Shown here in pieces: positions 20,637 to 30,751 of a stretch of DNA of 54,919 bases. The DNA lies in assembly GCA_963780225.1 (NCBI GenBank), contig CAWAAX010000010.1, positions 1 through 54,919 on the forward strand, written 5' to 3'. The stretch's first letter is position 1; the number at the start of each line of letters is the position of its first letter. A program made the translations under genes and the position numbers. The stretch comes from an uncultured bacterium. Its GTDB lineage: Bacteria; Edwardsbacteria; AC1; EtOH8. Under the pieces are notes generated by a model. That model was not told the DNA's origin, searched no databases, and worked only from the letters and a program-made list of their open reading frames with translations.

Positions 20637-23429
20637 TCAGATCAGCACATTCCCCACCAGCTCCTCCTGGCTGCGGCAGGATATCACCGGCAGGGCCGGC
20701 AGCGACCGGATGAAGGTCTTGCCGTACTCGGTGTTGATGATCCGGCTGTCGGCCACTATCACCAGACCCTTGTCGGTCTTGTTGCGGATCAAACGCCCAA
20801 AACCCTGGCGGAAGCGGATCACCGCCTCGGGCAGCAGGTACTGATGGAACGAACTGTTGCCGTTCTGCTCGATCACCTGGCAGCGGGCCTCCACCAATGG
20901 ATCGCTGGGAACGGAGAACGGCAGTTTGGAGATCACCAGCAGTTCCAAAGCCTGGCCCGGCAGGTCCACCCCCTCCCAGAAACTGTTGGTGCCGAAGATC
21001 ACCGTTTCCCGGTTGCTTAAGGACTGCTCTATCAGCTGCGACGGGTGGCCGTCGATGCCCTGGGCCAAAATGTTGGCCCGGCCCGATTCCAGCAGGCTCT
21101 GGTAACTGCGGTTCAAAAGATCGAACGAGGTGAACAGCACCAGCCCGCCGGTCTGGTGGCGGGCCAGCACCAGATGCAGAAGGTCTATGAAGCTCTGGTT
21201 GAACTGCGGGGTCTTAGGCGAGGGCAGGTACTGGGGAACCAGCAGGGCCGCCTGTTTTTTGAAATCGAAGGGCGAGGCCAGCAGCAGCTGCACCAGCATC
21301 TCCTGGTCCATGGACATCAGCCCCACCCGGCTTTTGAAGAAATCGAAGCTGCCCTCCACCGTCAGGGTGGCCGAAGTAAAGACGGCGGTCTTAAGCTCGG
21401 GGTACAATTGTTCATTGAGCACCGCGCCCACCTCCAGCGGGCCGGCCACCAGGCGCAGGCCGTTGTAGTTGCCGCCGGGCTCGGCCCAGTAGACGTAGCC
21501 CCGGTCGTCGGCCGAAAGCAGCCGACCCAGGGTGTTGGCCAGGGTCCTGCATTCCAAGGCCCGCTTGCCCAGCTCCTCCAGGAACAGCTCCTTTTCCTGC
21601 TTCTGGTCAGAGGGAAAGTTCCCCAGGGATTCTTTGAAATTATCCAGCCGGGAGGCCAGGTCCAGCAGCATGTCCACCAGCCCCTGCCCTTCGCTCAATA
21701 TCTGCTGTTGGAAGGAATCGCCGGTCAGATAGCGCTTTTTCTCCTGCAGTTTTTTGACGTCCCCCAGGTTGAACTTGAAGGCCAAAAACTTTTCCCCGGC
21801 CTTGCCGGTCTCCAGCGTCTGCCCGGCCAGGTCCAGGGCGGTGCGCTGCAGGGACTGGGACAGGGCTCCGTCGGCCTTGGATTTCTGGATCCAGCGGGAG
21901 ACCAGCATCAGCAGGCCGCTTTCGGAAGGGCGCTTGGAGTAAAGTCCCTGCATCAGCCGGCTCAGGTCCCAGCGGCTGAAGCCGTAGCCCAGGAGGTCGG
22001 TGGCCACCCGCTCGATGTTGTGGGCCTCGTCTATCACCAGGCGCTGGTATTCCGGCAGGATCCTGTTCTGGGACGACAGGTCGGAGAACAGCAGTGAATG
22101 GTTGACCACCACTATCTGCGACTCCTCGGCCCGGCGCCGGGCCATACGCAGGAAGCATTTGTTGAACAGCGGGCAGTGGTTGTTCTGGCAGTTCAGCACG
22201 TCGGAACAGATCTTGCCCCACAGTCCGGGGGCCCGGGCCGGGTTGAACCCACCGTGCTCGGCGATGTCCCCGGTCTTGGTCTTTTGCGACCAGGGCAGAA
22301 GGATCAGGGCCTCCTCCCGTTCCTCGGGGTTCAGGAAAAGTTCGGGATGGAAGCTGACCTCCTGCCATCTCCTCAAACAAAGATAATTGCTGCGGCCTTT
22401 TAGCAGGGCGGCCTCGAAATGCCCGATGGCCTTTCGCAGCAGCGGGATGTCCTTGTAAAAAAGCTGTTCCTGAAGATTCTTGGTGTGGGTGGAGATTATC
22501 ACTCTTTGGCTGGTCTTGCGCGACCAGATCACCGCCGGTATCAGGTAGGCCAGGCTTTTGCCGGTGCCGGTGCCGGCCTCGGCCAGCAATAGATGCTCGT
22601 CCTCCAGGGCGTCCATCACCGCCAGCGCCATCTTCTCCTGCTCCGGGCGCTCTTCGTAGTTGTCTTTGAGTATCTGGGAAAGTTGGCCTCCGCTCCCCCA
22701 GACCTGCTTGAGGTCGGAAGTGATACTGTCATTCTTGGGCTCCGGCTCTTCCTCGTATCTGGCCCGGGGTTCGGCAATGACCGGCGGGCCTTCCCGGGAC
22801 TCCGCCCTGGCCTTGGCGATCAGCTCCCGGTGCCCCGGCAGGGCCAGGTGCGACATCTTTTCCAGCAACGAAAGCTCCAGCCCCGGCAGCATCTGGTGCA
22901 GTTTCACGAAGAGGTGGCCGGTGGCCAAAGCGTCGTCGTAGGCCCGGTGGGAATGCCCGGTCTCTATCCGGAAATATTTGCAGAGGTTGTCCTTGCTGTG
23001 GCTCTTGTTCTGCGGAAGCAGACAGCGGGAAAGGGTCAGGGTGTCCCAGGCGGTATTGTTGACCTCGGCCCCGTTCCGCAGGAACGACAGGTCGAACCGG
23101 CTGTTGTGGAACACCAGCGCCGAGTCCCCGATGAACTCCAGGAATTTGGGCAGGGTCTCGGACAGCACCGGCGCGCTGTCCACCTCGTCCTGGGTGATCC
23201 CGGTCAGGCGCTTGATGAACGGCGACAGGTCGCGCTGGGGGTTGACCAGGGCCTTGAAGGTCTCGCCCGGCAGGCCGTCCTGGAACCTGACGGCCCCGAT
23301 CTCGATGATCTCGTCCCGCTCCCGGTTCAGGCCGGTGGTCTCCAGGTCAACTGCTATAAAGGCGAGGGGCTGCGCTTCCTCCCTCGCCTCGGTGTGTTCG
23401 GTGATATGTTCTTTTTTCTTCTTCGGCAT
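20637..23429 (-). CDS. dinG: DEDDh (DnaQ-like) exonuclease-DinG helicase fusion
   Basis: DLETTG and HRAYDDA exonuclease motifs; AGTGTGKS, DEAH, FWEGVD, QGFGRLIR; Cys cluster. Confidence 0.93.
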   Translation of the reverse strand: MPKKKKEHITEHTEAREEAQPLAFIAVDLETTGLNRERDEIIEIGAVRFQDGLPGETFKALVNPQRDLSPFIKRLTGITQDEVDSAPVLSETLPKFLEFIGDSALVFHNSRFDLSFLRNGAEVNNTAWDTLTLSRCLLPQNKSHSKDNLCKYFRIETGHSHRAYDDALATGHLFVKLHQMLPGLELSLLEKMSHLALPGHRELIAKARAESREGPPVIAEPRARYEEEPEPKNDSITSDLKQVWGSGGQLSQILKDNYEERPEQEKMALAVMDALEDEHLLLAEAGTGTGKSLAYLIPAVIWSRKTSQRVIISTHTKNLQEQLFYKDIPLLRKAIGHFEAALLKGRSNYLCLRRWQEVSFHPELFLNPEEREEALILLPWSQKTKTGDIAEHGGFNPARAPGLWGKICSDVLNCQNNHCPLFNKCFLRMARRRAEESQIVVVNHSLLFSDLSSQNRILPEYQRLVIDEAHNIERVATDLLGYGFSRWDLSRLMQGLYSKRPSESGLLMLVSRWIQKSKADGALSQSLQRTALDLAGQTLETGKAGEKFLAFKFNLGDVKKLQEKKRYLTGDSFQQQILSEGQGLVDMLLDLASRLDNFKESLGNFPSDQKQEKELFLEELGKRALECRTLANTLGRLLSADDRGYVYWAEPGGNYNGLRLVAGPLEVGAVLNEQLYPELKTAVFTSATLTVEGSFDFFKSRVGLMSMDQEMLVQLLLASPFDFKKQAALLVPQYLPSPKTPQFNQSFIDLLHLVLARHQTGGLVLFTSFDLLNRSYQSLLESGRANILAQGIDGHPSQLIEQSLSNRETVIFGTNSFWEGVDLPGQALELLVISKLPFSVPSDPLVEARCQVIEQNGNSSFHQYLLPEAVIRFRQGFGRLIRNKTDKGLVIVADSRIINTEYGKTFIRSLPALPVISCRSQEELVGNVLI

Positions 23430-23455
23430 TATTGTATTATTTATTTCACCACTTT

Positions 23456-23615
23456 ATTAGGAATCCATGAAACCAGGAATACTTAACGGTGGAAACCCTG
23501 ATTGATTCCTGCGTTCCTGCCTGCCCGCCGTAGCTTTAGCGACCGCTTACGCTATTATATTTACTGCCTCGTGCGCCTTAGCTACAGCGGTGGCGCAAGG
23601 CAGGGCTTCCTTATA
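23456..23615. repeat. Family E element (copy 1) with nested GC hairpin insert
   Basis: ATTAGGAATCCATGAA...AACCCTGATTGATTCCTGC.TTCCTG[CCTGCCCGCCGTAGCTTTAGCG...AAGGCAGG]GCTTCCTTATA. Confidence 0.8.
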
Positions 23616-23684
23616 GAATAATTCCATTTGTCTCCGGGCGTTGTGCAATTATTAAGTGCTTTGGTTAATACATCCCTTCAATAT

Positions 23685-24209
23685 TCAGCATTCAGTATTC
23701 CGGTTCACTTCTATCCAATATCTTTGATGAAGTTTCCCGTTAATTTCTTCTTCGCTGTCCAAAACGCCATTGTTGTTCAATATGGTTTTAACAGAACCTA
23801 CGTTATCTTTGTCGCAGGTCAACAATACTTTTGACAGGCCAATTGATCTGGCTTTTTCCAGTGTAAGCCGAAGCAACGAAGTTGCAAAGCCCTTTTTCCT
23901 TTCGGATGGACATATTCCATATCCGATATTCCCACCGTCTTTCAGCAATTTATCCGTCAGGGAATGACGCAAGTTGGAAACACCGATTATTTTGTCATTC
24001 GATATCAGCCAAAATGTTGAATGCGGAACAAAGCCATCCGGGAGGCCAATCCCCAGGCTGAAATTATTTAGTTTTAGAACATACTCGTGGAAGTTGGAAT
24101 AGTCCATAGCTAAAACAAAAGGTACAAGCACCTCGCCGGTTGACTGCCAATCTTCCATGAAATCAATGTATTGTTCCTTGTATGAAAGCGATGGTTCAAT
24201 TAATTTCAT
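23685..24209 (-). CDS. GNAT-family N-acetyltransferase (AT-rich)
   Basis: GGNIGYGICPSERKKGFA, LLTCDKDNVGS, QRYWI. Confidence 0.88.
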   Translation of the reverse strand: MKLIEPSLSYKEQYIDFMEDWQSTGEVLVPFVLAMDYSNFHEYVLKLNNFSLGIGLPDGFVPHSTFWLISNDKIIGVSNLRHSLTDKLLKDGGNIGYGICPSERKKGFATSLLRLTLEKARSIGLSKVLLTCDKDNVGSVKTILNNNGVLDSEEEINGKLHQRYWIEVNRNTEC

Positions 24210-24257
24210 TCTGCCTTCAAAATTCAGTATTCAGTATTCTGTATTCAAGCTTCCGGT

Positions 24258-25517
24258 TCACTTCTTGTCCACCTCGTTCATCTTCTTCATGGAGCAATAA
24301 TCCCCGCACATGGTGCAGGCCCCGCTCTCCCTCTTTGGCGCCGATTCGTAGACCTGCCGGGCGTGAGGCGGGTTGATGGAAAGTTCTATCTGCTTGTCCC
24401 AGTCCAGGGCCTTGCGGGCCTGGGACATCTTCAGATCCCACTCCTTGGCTCCCGGCACGCCCTTGGCGATGTCGGCGGCGTGGGCCGCGATCCGCAGGAC
24501 TATCACGCCTTCGCGGACGTCATCTATGTCCGGTAGTTTCAGGTGCTCGCTGGGGGTCACGTAGCAAAGGAAATCCGCCCCAAAGTAGGCCGCCCAGGCC
24601 CCGCCGATGGCCGCGGTGATGTGGTCGTAGCCCGGCGCGATGTCGGTGACCAGCGGGCCCAGCACATAGAACGGCGCGCCCTTGCACAGTTCCTTTTGTA
24701 TTTTGACATTGGTCTCTATCTGGTCTATCGGCACATGGCCCGGCCCTTCCACCATGGCCTGGACCCCGGCGGCCCGGGCCCGGTCCACCAATTCGCCCAA
24801 AGTAATTAGTTCCTGGATCTGGGCCCGGTCGGTGGCGTCGGCCAGACAGCCCGGACGGAAGCCGTCGCCCAGGCTTAAGGTGACGTTATGCTCCTTGCAG
24901 ATGTCCAGCAAACGGTCGTAATACTGGTAAAGCGGATTTTCGGCTTTGTTATAGGTCATCCATTCGATGGTAAAAGCCCCGCCCCGGCTGACCACGCTGG
25001 CCACCCGGCCTTCCTGTTTAAGGCGATTGACGGATTCGGAAGTGATGCCGCAGTGGACGGTCAGAAAATCCACCCCGTCCCTGGCCTGGCGCTCGATCAC
25101 CGAGAAGATCTCGTCCACGGTCATCTCCACCAGGGATTTCTTGTTCTTTACCGCCTCGATGGCCGCCTGGTAGATGGGCACGGTTCCCAGCGGCACCGGG
25201 CATTGAGATAGTATCTCCCGCCGCACCGCGTCGATATCGCCGCCAGTGGAAAGGTCCATGATGGCGTCGGCCCCAGCCCCCACCGCGGCCTTCATCTTCT
25301 CCAGTTCAATGGACAGCTGGGCTGTGTCCTGCGAGGTCCCGATGTTGGCGTTGACCTTTGTCCGCAGGCCCTTGCCCACCGCGCAAGGCTTGAGCAGCCG
25401 GCGGTTCTTGTTCATGGGGATCACAATGGTGCCCTGCTCCAGGCCCTGCTGGATGAATTCCCAGGGAACCCGTTCGTCCTCGGCGATCTTCTTTATTATG
25501 CTCTCGTGGATGTTCAA
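24258..25517 (-). CDS. thiC: Phosphomethylpyrimidine synthase (radical SAM)
   Basis: [47 protein letters not shown]; start codon uncertain (TTG 25517 or 25535). Confidence 0.9.
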   Translation of the reverse strand: MNIHESIIKKIAEDERVPWEFIQQGLEQGTIVIPMNKNRRLLKPCAVGKGLRTKVNANIGTSQDTAQLSIELEKMKAAVGAGADAIMDLSTGGDIDAVRREILSQCPVPLGTVPIYQAAIEAVKNKKSLVEMTVDEIFSVIERQARDGVDFLTVHCGITSESVNRLKQEGRVASVVSRGGAFTIEWMTYNKAENPLYQYYDRLLDICKEHNVTLSLGDGFRPGCLADATDRAQIQELITLGELVDRARAAGVQAMVEGPGHVPIDQIETNVKIQKELCKGAPFYVLGPLVTDIAPGYDHITAAIGGAWAAYFGADFLCYVTPSEHLKLPDIDDVREGVIVLRIAAHAADIAKGVPGAKEWDLKMSQARKALDWDKQIELSINPPHARQVYESAPKRESGACTMCGDYCSMKKMNEVDKK

Positions 25518-25584
25518 TGTCTCTCCCTTGTACAATCTGAGGAATTATCGAGTTGCAATAACCTAATTACCTTATTACCTTTTC

Positions 25585-25658
25585 ATTAGGAAACCATGAA
25601 AACAGGAAACCTTATTTGGAAATCACTGAATAACTCCTGGCTTCCTGGATTCCTTATA
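25585..25658. repeat. Family E element (copy 2, no insert)
   Basis: ATTAGGAAACCATGAAAACAGGAA...CTCCTGGCTTCCTGGATTCCTTATA. Confidence 0.75.
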
Positions 25659-25756
25659 AATGAATTTAGTGATGTGATTAATAAGCAAATAGCGAGTTTC
25701 TTTTGGTGAAACTCGCCATGTTCCTTGCTTTTCTATGATGTTCTAAGAACCGTTCC

Positions 25757-26056
25757 TTAGGCTTTGGCTGCGACCTTGGGCTTGGCTTCGGCTTTGGGTT
25801 TTGCTTCGGCTTTGACCTCGGTCTTGGCAGCGGCCTTGGGCTTGGCCTCGGCGCCGTCCTTCTTGGCATAGCGCTTGCGGAACTGTTCCACCCGGCCGGC
25901 GGCATCCAGCAGCTTCTCTTTTCCGGTATAGAAAGGATGACAGCTGGAGCAGATTTCCACGTGGATGTCCTTGGAGGTGGAGCGGGTGTTGATGACATTG
26001 CCGCAGCTGCAGGTGATGGTGGTGGCCTCGTACTTGGGATGTATGCCCTTTTTCAT
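25757..26056 (-). CDS. rpmE: 50S ribosomal protein L31 (Zn-binding type) with Ala/Lys/Pro-rich tail
   Basis: [30 protein letters not shown]. Confidence 0.97.
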   Translation of the reverse strand: MKKGIHPKYEATTITCSCGNVINTRSTSKDIHVEICSSCHPFYTGKEKLLDAAGRVEQFRKRYAKKDGAEAKPKAAAKTEVKAEAKPKAEAKPKVAAKA

Positions 26057-26150
26057 GTTTACTCCTTGGGTTGGTATATTATTTTGTTTTATTCTATGTC
26101 TACCATTACTGAATACTGACTACTGGATAGTGGATACTTCAGTGCGAAAG

Positions 26151-26639
26151 CTATTTGGTGGTGTCTTCGACGGCGGTGGTATCCGGCATCGGCTTGATTT
26201 TCTGGGTGCCCCTGATCCCGGCCACTGCGGTGGGCGTCTGCCCAGTCAGGGTCTGCTTCTTGCCTTCTATCTTCTTCAAACTTTTCAAAGCATTGCTTTC
26301 CTGTTTTGCTTCCGGGGCCGCGGCGGCCTTCTGCAGCAAGGTGGTCACTTCGTCGGTCTGGGGGCCGGATAATTTTACTAATTGGCCCTGGGCATCATTA
26401 AGCTCAAGTTCTGCTTTGGCGGCAATATTCAGGCAGTCCCCGGCATACAGCGAATCACCCAGCACGGCTGGCATCCAGGTCCCGCTGATAAGCTTTTGGA
26501 CATCGCCCTTGACAAAACACACAAAAGCCACGGACGCGGGCTTTGCCGAAAACGGGGCCGCCGCGGGCTTGGGCGCTTCTTTTTTGGCGCAACCCAAAAT
26601 TAATGCCGCCAATGCGGCAAAAAATAATGTTTTTTTCAT
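26151..26639 (-). CDS. Lipoprotein, FecR-like beta domain
   Basis: Lipobox LILGC; VKGDVQ..W.PA.LGD.L..GD and TPTAVAGIRGT resemble FecR-domain motifs. Confidence 0.6.
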   Translation of the reverse strand: MKKTLFFAALAALILGCAKKEAPKPAAAPFSAKPASVAFVCFVKGDVQKLISGTWMPAVLGDSLYAGDCLNIAAKAELELNDAQGQLVKLSGPQTDEVTTLLQKAAAAPEAKQESNALKSLKKIEGKKQTLTGQTPTAVAGIRGTQKIKPMPDTTAVEDTTK

Positions 26640-26675
26640 TTTGGCCTCCTGCCTGTATTAAGGGCTATAAGGATA

Positions 26676-27320
26676 CTACATTTTGGAGCTAAAGTCAATC
26701 AATATCTGGGTCTTACGGCCCCGCCCGCCTTTAAGGCTCTTCAGCATCCCGGCCAGGGTCTCACTGATCATCTTACGGACGAAGGGATTCATCGGCAAAG
26801 GTTTGCCATCAATCAGCACCTGAAGCGCCCTGTCCTTGCGGGCCGGGAGGATGAAGGTCTGCTCCAGCCAGCGGGCTATCTCAATCGGCTTTGATGGGCT
26901 GAAATGCCTGACCTTGCCGTCCGGCGGGGTCTTTTTGCCTATGGTGGCGATGATGCCTTTAAGATTGACGGAGGAAAGCTCATCCGAGAAAAATATTTTG
27001 GGAAAAGATTCCTTCTTGTAGCCTTCTATGATCAGCAGGTCAAGTTCCCCGGACAAAGCGCCGGCGATGATCTTGGGGGTCAGCTTTTTGGCATCCTCGA
27101 ACCGCACCAGCAGTTTGTCATCGGTGATGGACGAGATCCCGGCCCCGGCCAGCCGGAAGCGGTCGGTATCGGTCCCCCGCCGGTCGGCCTTGATGGCGCC
27201 GTGGGTATGCTTGAGGACCCCGACCCGATAGCCCTTGCGGCTGAGGATGCGGACGATCTGCGCGATCAGTGTGGTCTTGCCGGAGTTGGAATGTCCGACG
27301 AAGGAGATTATTGGTTGCAT
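26676..27320 (-). CDS. mobB: Molybdopterin-guanine dinucleotide biosynthesis protein B
   Basis: GHSNSGKTT, VGVLKH, DTDRFRLAGA, IEGYK. Confidence 0.92.
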   Translation of the reverse strand: MQPIISFVGHSNSGKTTLIAQIVRILSRKGYRVGVLKHTHGAIKADRRGTDTDRFRLAGAGISSITDDKLLVRFEDAKKLTPKIIAGALSGELDLLIIEGYKKESFPKIFFSDELSSVNLKGIIATIGKKTPPDGKVRHFSPSKPIEIARWLEQTFILPARKDRALQVLIDGKPLPMNPFVRKMISETLAGMLKSLKGGRGRKTQILIDFSSKM

Positions 27321-27411
27321 GGCTTCACCAGTTACTGAGTTTACAGTTTAAAGTTTTCATGTTGAAAAATCAGCGCAAATCGATTCAAATCAGCGTTCAT
27401 CTGCGTCCCGT

Positions 27412-28656
27412 TCATCCGAACAGTTCAATGTGCACGGTGTCCCCCGGCTTTACTCCCTCGCACTCCTCCGGCAGTATCATCAATCCATCAGCCTGCACCA
27501 TAGAGGTCAAAATGCCCGAGCCCTGCGGCCCGGTTAGAACCGCGTGATAAGCCCCTTCCTGCCATTTTACTTTGGCGCGAAGGAACTCCGTCCTGCCTGC
27601 CTGTTTCCTTATTCCCTGGTCGCTGTATGCCGTCACCTGCATCCTGAAAATATTCATTGCTCCCTGCATCTTCAGCAATAATGGCCGCACATACTGGTCG
27701 CAGACCACCATCGAGGACACCGGGTTGCCCGGCAGTCCAACCACCGGCTTGCCATTGATCTGCCCGAAGGCCAGCGGCTTTCCCGGCTTCTGTTTCACCT
27801 GCCAGAAGTTCATCTGCCCCAGCTCGGACAGCGCCTGTTTCATCAGGTCGTAGTCTCCCACCGAGACGCCGCCCGAGGTGATTACCACATCGCATTCCCG
27901 GGCCGCCAGATTCAGGGTTTCCTTTATCTTTGCCAGGTCGTCAGCGATGATGCCGTAGTCTTTTACCAGTGCCCCGGCTTCTTTGACCTGCCCGCCGATG
28001 CTGAAACGGTTGGCGTCGTATATCTGCCCCGGCTTAAGCGGCTGGCCCGGCGCGGCCACTTCGTTGCCGCTGGAGATTATCCCCACCACCGGTTGTTTGG
28101 ATACCAGGACTTCGGTCAAGCCCAAGGAAGCTATCAGTCCCACCTCCTGCGGCCTGAGCCACGTGCCTTTGGTTATCAGCAACTGCCCGGAAAGTACATC
28201 CTCTCCCTGTTTGCGAACATTTGCCCCAACAGAAGTACTTTCGACAATCCGAACTTCCAATTTCCCATTTTTATCCGACGAAGCCTTGGCGTAGTTGGAT
28301 CCTATTTTTATGGTATTCTCGACAGGTATGACGCTGTCAGCGTTAGCAGGTATCTGCGCCCCGGTCATGATCCTGATGGCCTGCCCCGGTTTCAAGGATT
28401 TTGTGGCCACCCTGCCGGCCGGAACGTCCTCGATCACCTGTAGTATCACAGGACTTTGCTCCGAGGCCCCGGCCACATCGGCGGCGATGACGGCAAAACC
28501 GTCCATGGCCGAGTTATCCCTGGGCGGAATGTCGAACGAGGCCGTGACATCCTGGGCCAGTATCCGGCCCAAGAGGTCCTCCAGACGGCATTTTTCGGAG
28601 GGTAAAGGTTTTGTGCCCTCCAGCATTTTGCTGCGCGCTTCGTGAAATGAGATCAT
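27412..28656 (-). CDS. moeA: Molybdopterin molybdenum(tungsten)transferase
   Basis: NSAMDGFA, IMTGA, SGGVSVGDYD, KPGKP, GLPGNPVS. Confidence 0.96.
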   Translation of the reverse strand: MISFHEARSKMLEGTKPLPSEKCRLEDLLGRILAQDVTASFDIPPRDNSAMDGFAVIAADVAGASEQSPVILQVIEDVPAGRVATKSLKPGQAIRIMTGAQIPANADSVIPVENTIKIGSNYAKASSDKNGKLEVRIVESTSVGANVRKQGEDVLSGQLLITKGTWLRPQEVGLIASLGLTEVLVSKQPVVGIISSGNEVAAPGQPLKPGQIYDANRFSIGGQVKEAGALVKDYGIIADDLAKIKETLNLAARECDVVITSGGVSVGDYDLMKQALSELGQMNFWQVKQKPGKPLAFGQINGKPVVGLPGNPVSSMVVCDQYVRPLLLKMQGAMNIFRMQVTAYSDQGIRKQAGRTEFLRAKVKWQEGAYHAVLTGPQGSGILTSMVQADGLMILPEECEGVKPGDTVHIELFG

Positions 28657-28713
28657 TCGTTTCCTTTTTGTTACACCTAATGTCTATTATCTAATACCCA
28701 TCAACAATTCCCT

Positions 28714-28737
28714 GGGCGAGGCACGCCTCGCCCCTAC
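28714..28737. repeat. GTAG-type REP palindrome
   Basis: Minus strand GTAGGGGCGAGGCGTGCCTCGCCC. Confidence 0.7.
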
Positions 28738-28764
28738 AATAATCCAATCTCAATAATCTATTCC

Positions 28765-29844
28765 CTATTCCCCGTTCTCCTCCCGCCATACCCTGACACT
28801 GCTGGCCTTGAACACCGCATACACCCTGCTCCCATTCTGCAAACCCATCTCGTCCCACGAGGCCTTGGTAATGGCCGCATCCAGCGGAATGCCTGCGTCC
28901 ACCGTAACCTTGTACAGCCCGCCTTCGGAAACGGCGTCGGTGATCGTGCCCTCCAGCACATTGCGGGCGCTGCTGACCAATTTCTGCGAGGACAAAATTA
29001 TCTCGTTGGGGTTCAGGCTGGCCATGGCCGGGCCTTCCAGCCCGGTCGCCACCTCAAACTTTGCATCTCCTATCTGGAACAACTTCCCATTTCCTGTTTT
29101 TACAATTTCCCCTTTGAACAAATTGTCCCGTCCCAGAAACTTCCCCCAAAAAGCCTGGTCGCCCTTGTGCAGAACGTCCTGGGCCGTGCCGGAGATGGAG
29201 ATCACCCCGTCGTTAAGGAACCACACCCAGTCCGCGATCCGCTCCACCTGCCACAGGTTATGGGTGGCCAAAACAACCTTCTTGCCCCGGGAGGCCAGTT
29301 CCAAGATCGTCTTCTCTATCAATTTGGCGCTCAAGGGATCCAGATTGGCGGTGGGTTCGTCCAGAAAAACCACCTCCGGGTCCAACGCCAGAACCCGGCC
29401 CAGAGCCACCCGCTGGATCTCCCCGGCCGAGAGGGTTTTGGCCTCGCGTTTCCCGAAACCCCGCAATGACAGGGTCTCCAGCGCCTGGTCCGACCTTCTT
29501 CTCCGTTCGGACGGGGACACGCCCCTCACCCGCAGGCCGTATTCCAGGTTGTAGCGCACCGTGCCGGAGAGCATCACCGCCGGGTTGTGGATCAGGCCCA
29601 TCTTCTTCCTGATGCCCGGCGAGTTTACCACCGCATCATATCCCCCGCTGCCCCGGGTCTTGTATTTAAGGGTCCCGCCGTCGCTCTTCTCCAGCAGGGC
29701 CAACAGCCGCATCAAAGTGGTCTTGCCCGAGCCGTTGGGGCCCACCAGGGCGTAGATGCCTGAATTATCGATATCCAGGGAGACATCCTTGAGCACGGCC
29801 TTGCCGTCAAAGCTTTTGGATAGGTTGCGGGCTACTATCTTCAT
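28765..29844 (-). CDS. tupC: Tungstate ABC transporter ATPase with TOBE domain
   Basis: GPNGSGKT, LSAGE, DEPTANLDP, SSARN...AVFKAS TOBE. Confidence 0.85.
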   Translation of the reverse strand: MKIVARNLSKSFDGKAVLKDVSLDIDNSGIYALVGPNGSGKTTLMRLLALLEKSDGGTLKYKTRGSGGYDAVVNSPGIRKKMGLIHNPAVMLSGTVRYNLEYGLRVRGVSPSERRRRSDQALETLSLRGFGKREAKTLSAGEIQRVALGRVLALDPEVVFLDEPTANLDPLSAKLIEKTILELASRGKKVVLATHNLWQVERIADWVWFLNDGVISISGTAQDVLHKGDQAFWGKFLGRDNLFKGEIVKTGNGKLFQIGDAKFEVATGLEGPAMASLNPNEIILSSQKLVSSARNVLEGTITDAVSEGGLYKVTVDAGIPLDAAITKASWDEMGLQNGSRVYAVFKASSVRVWREENGE

Positions 29845-30536
29845 CGGCCTGCCCTCCCCTGCACTACCTGAAGAATGATGTTGATCCCTATGGCTACTAG
29901 CAAGAGCACCAGCCCCAGCGCTATCCCCAGCTCAAAGTTGCCCTTGATGGTCTCCAGCGCAATGGAAGTGGTCATCACCCGGGTCTCGCCCCTGATGTTT
30001 CCGCCCACCATCATGGTCATGCCGGTCTCGCCCAGCACCCGGGAGAACCCGGTGATGAAGGCCGCGGCCAGGGCAAAGCGGACCTCCCGCATTATTCCCA
30101 AAGTAAGATGCCACCGGCCTGCCCCCAGCGTGATCATGGTCTCCTTCACCCGGTGCCCCAAAGACTGCAGGGCCGAGATGCTTAGGCCCGTCATCAGCGG
30201 GATGATCAGCAGGGTCTGGGCAATTATGATGGCCGAGGGCGTATAAAGCAGATGCCAGAAACCCAGCGGCCCCGAACGCGATAAAAGCAGATAGCAGACC
30301 AGCCCTATCACCACCGCCGGAATGGCGATGAAGCTGTTGACCGTTCCGATGACGACCCTTTTGCCCTTGAATTCGTTCTGGGTGATGGCCAGGGACAGCG
30401 GGACGGCCAAAATGACGGCGATCAGCGAAGAGGCCAGCGAGACCTGCAGCGACAAGAGGACTATCTGCCAGATCTCGGGGTCGAATTTCAGCAGCAGGCC
30501 CAGGGCCTGCTGCATGCTTTGCATCAAATTGAACAT
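29841..30536 (-). CDS. tupB: Tungstate ABC transporter permease
   Basis: LLSRSGPLG, LLYTP.A, VGGNIRGETRVMTT. Confidence 0.92.
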   Translation of the reverse strand: MFNLMQSMQQALGLLLKFDPEIWQIVLLSLQVSLASSLIAVILAVPLSLAITQNEFKGKRVVIGTVNSFIAIPAVVIGLVCYLLLSRSGPLGFWHLLYTPSAIIIAQTLLIIPLMTGLSISALQSLGHRVKETMITLGAGRWHLTLGIMREVRFALAAAFITGFSRVLGETGMTMMVGGNIRGETRVMTTSIALETIKGNFELGIALGLVLLLVAIGINIILQVVQGRAGR

Positions 30537-30563
30537 GATATGATAATAGCAAAATATTGTTTG

Positions 30564-30600
30564 AAAAACAATAGGAGCGCCTTGGAAATGCGCTCCTATT
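30564..30600 (-). terminator. Intra-operon terminator between porin and tupB
   Basis: AATAGGAGCGC/GCGCTCCTATT stem then GTTTTT. Confidence 0.65.
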
Positions 30601-30608
30601 TGTCATTT

Positions 30609-30730
30609 TGTCATCCTGAGTCCATCCCCATGCCCATCCAATCGAAGGATGTCATCCTGAGCAAGTCCCCACGCCCGGCAAACCGAAGGATCCTTCGATC
30701 TGCCTCCTTTTATGCCGGGCTCAGGATGAC
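30609..30730. repeat. TGTCATCCTGAG...CTCAGGATGAC hairpin repeat element
   Basis: Two TGTCATCCTGAG..CGAAGGAT units and one inverted GATCCTTCG..CTCAGGATGAC unit. Confidence 0.7.
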
Positions 30731-30751
30731 TGGCACGAAGTATCAAAGGTT

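Noticed and set aside
20637..23429. DinG as a type IV CRISPR (CasDinG) or defence component
   Set aside because: No cas genes or repeat-spacer array; architecture matches housekeeping exonuclease-DinG
24258..25680. ThiC homologue as BzaA/B/F, or a TPP riboswitch upstream
   Set aside because: No cobamide genes nearby, and the upstream region holds only repeat elements with no TPP aptamer core
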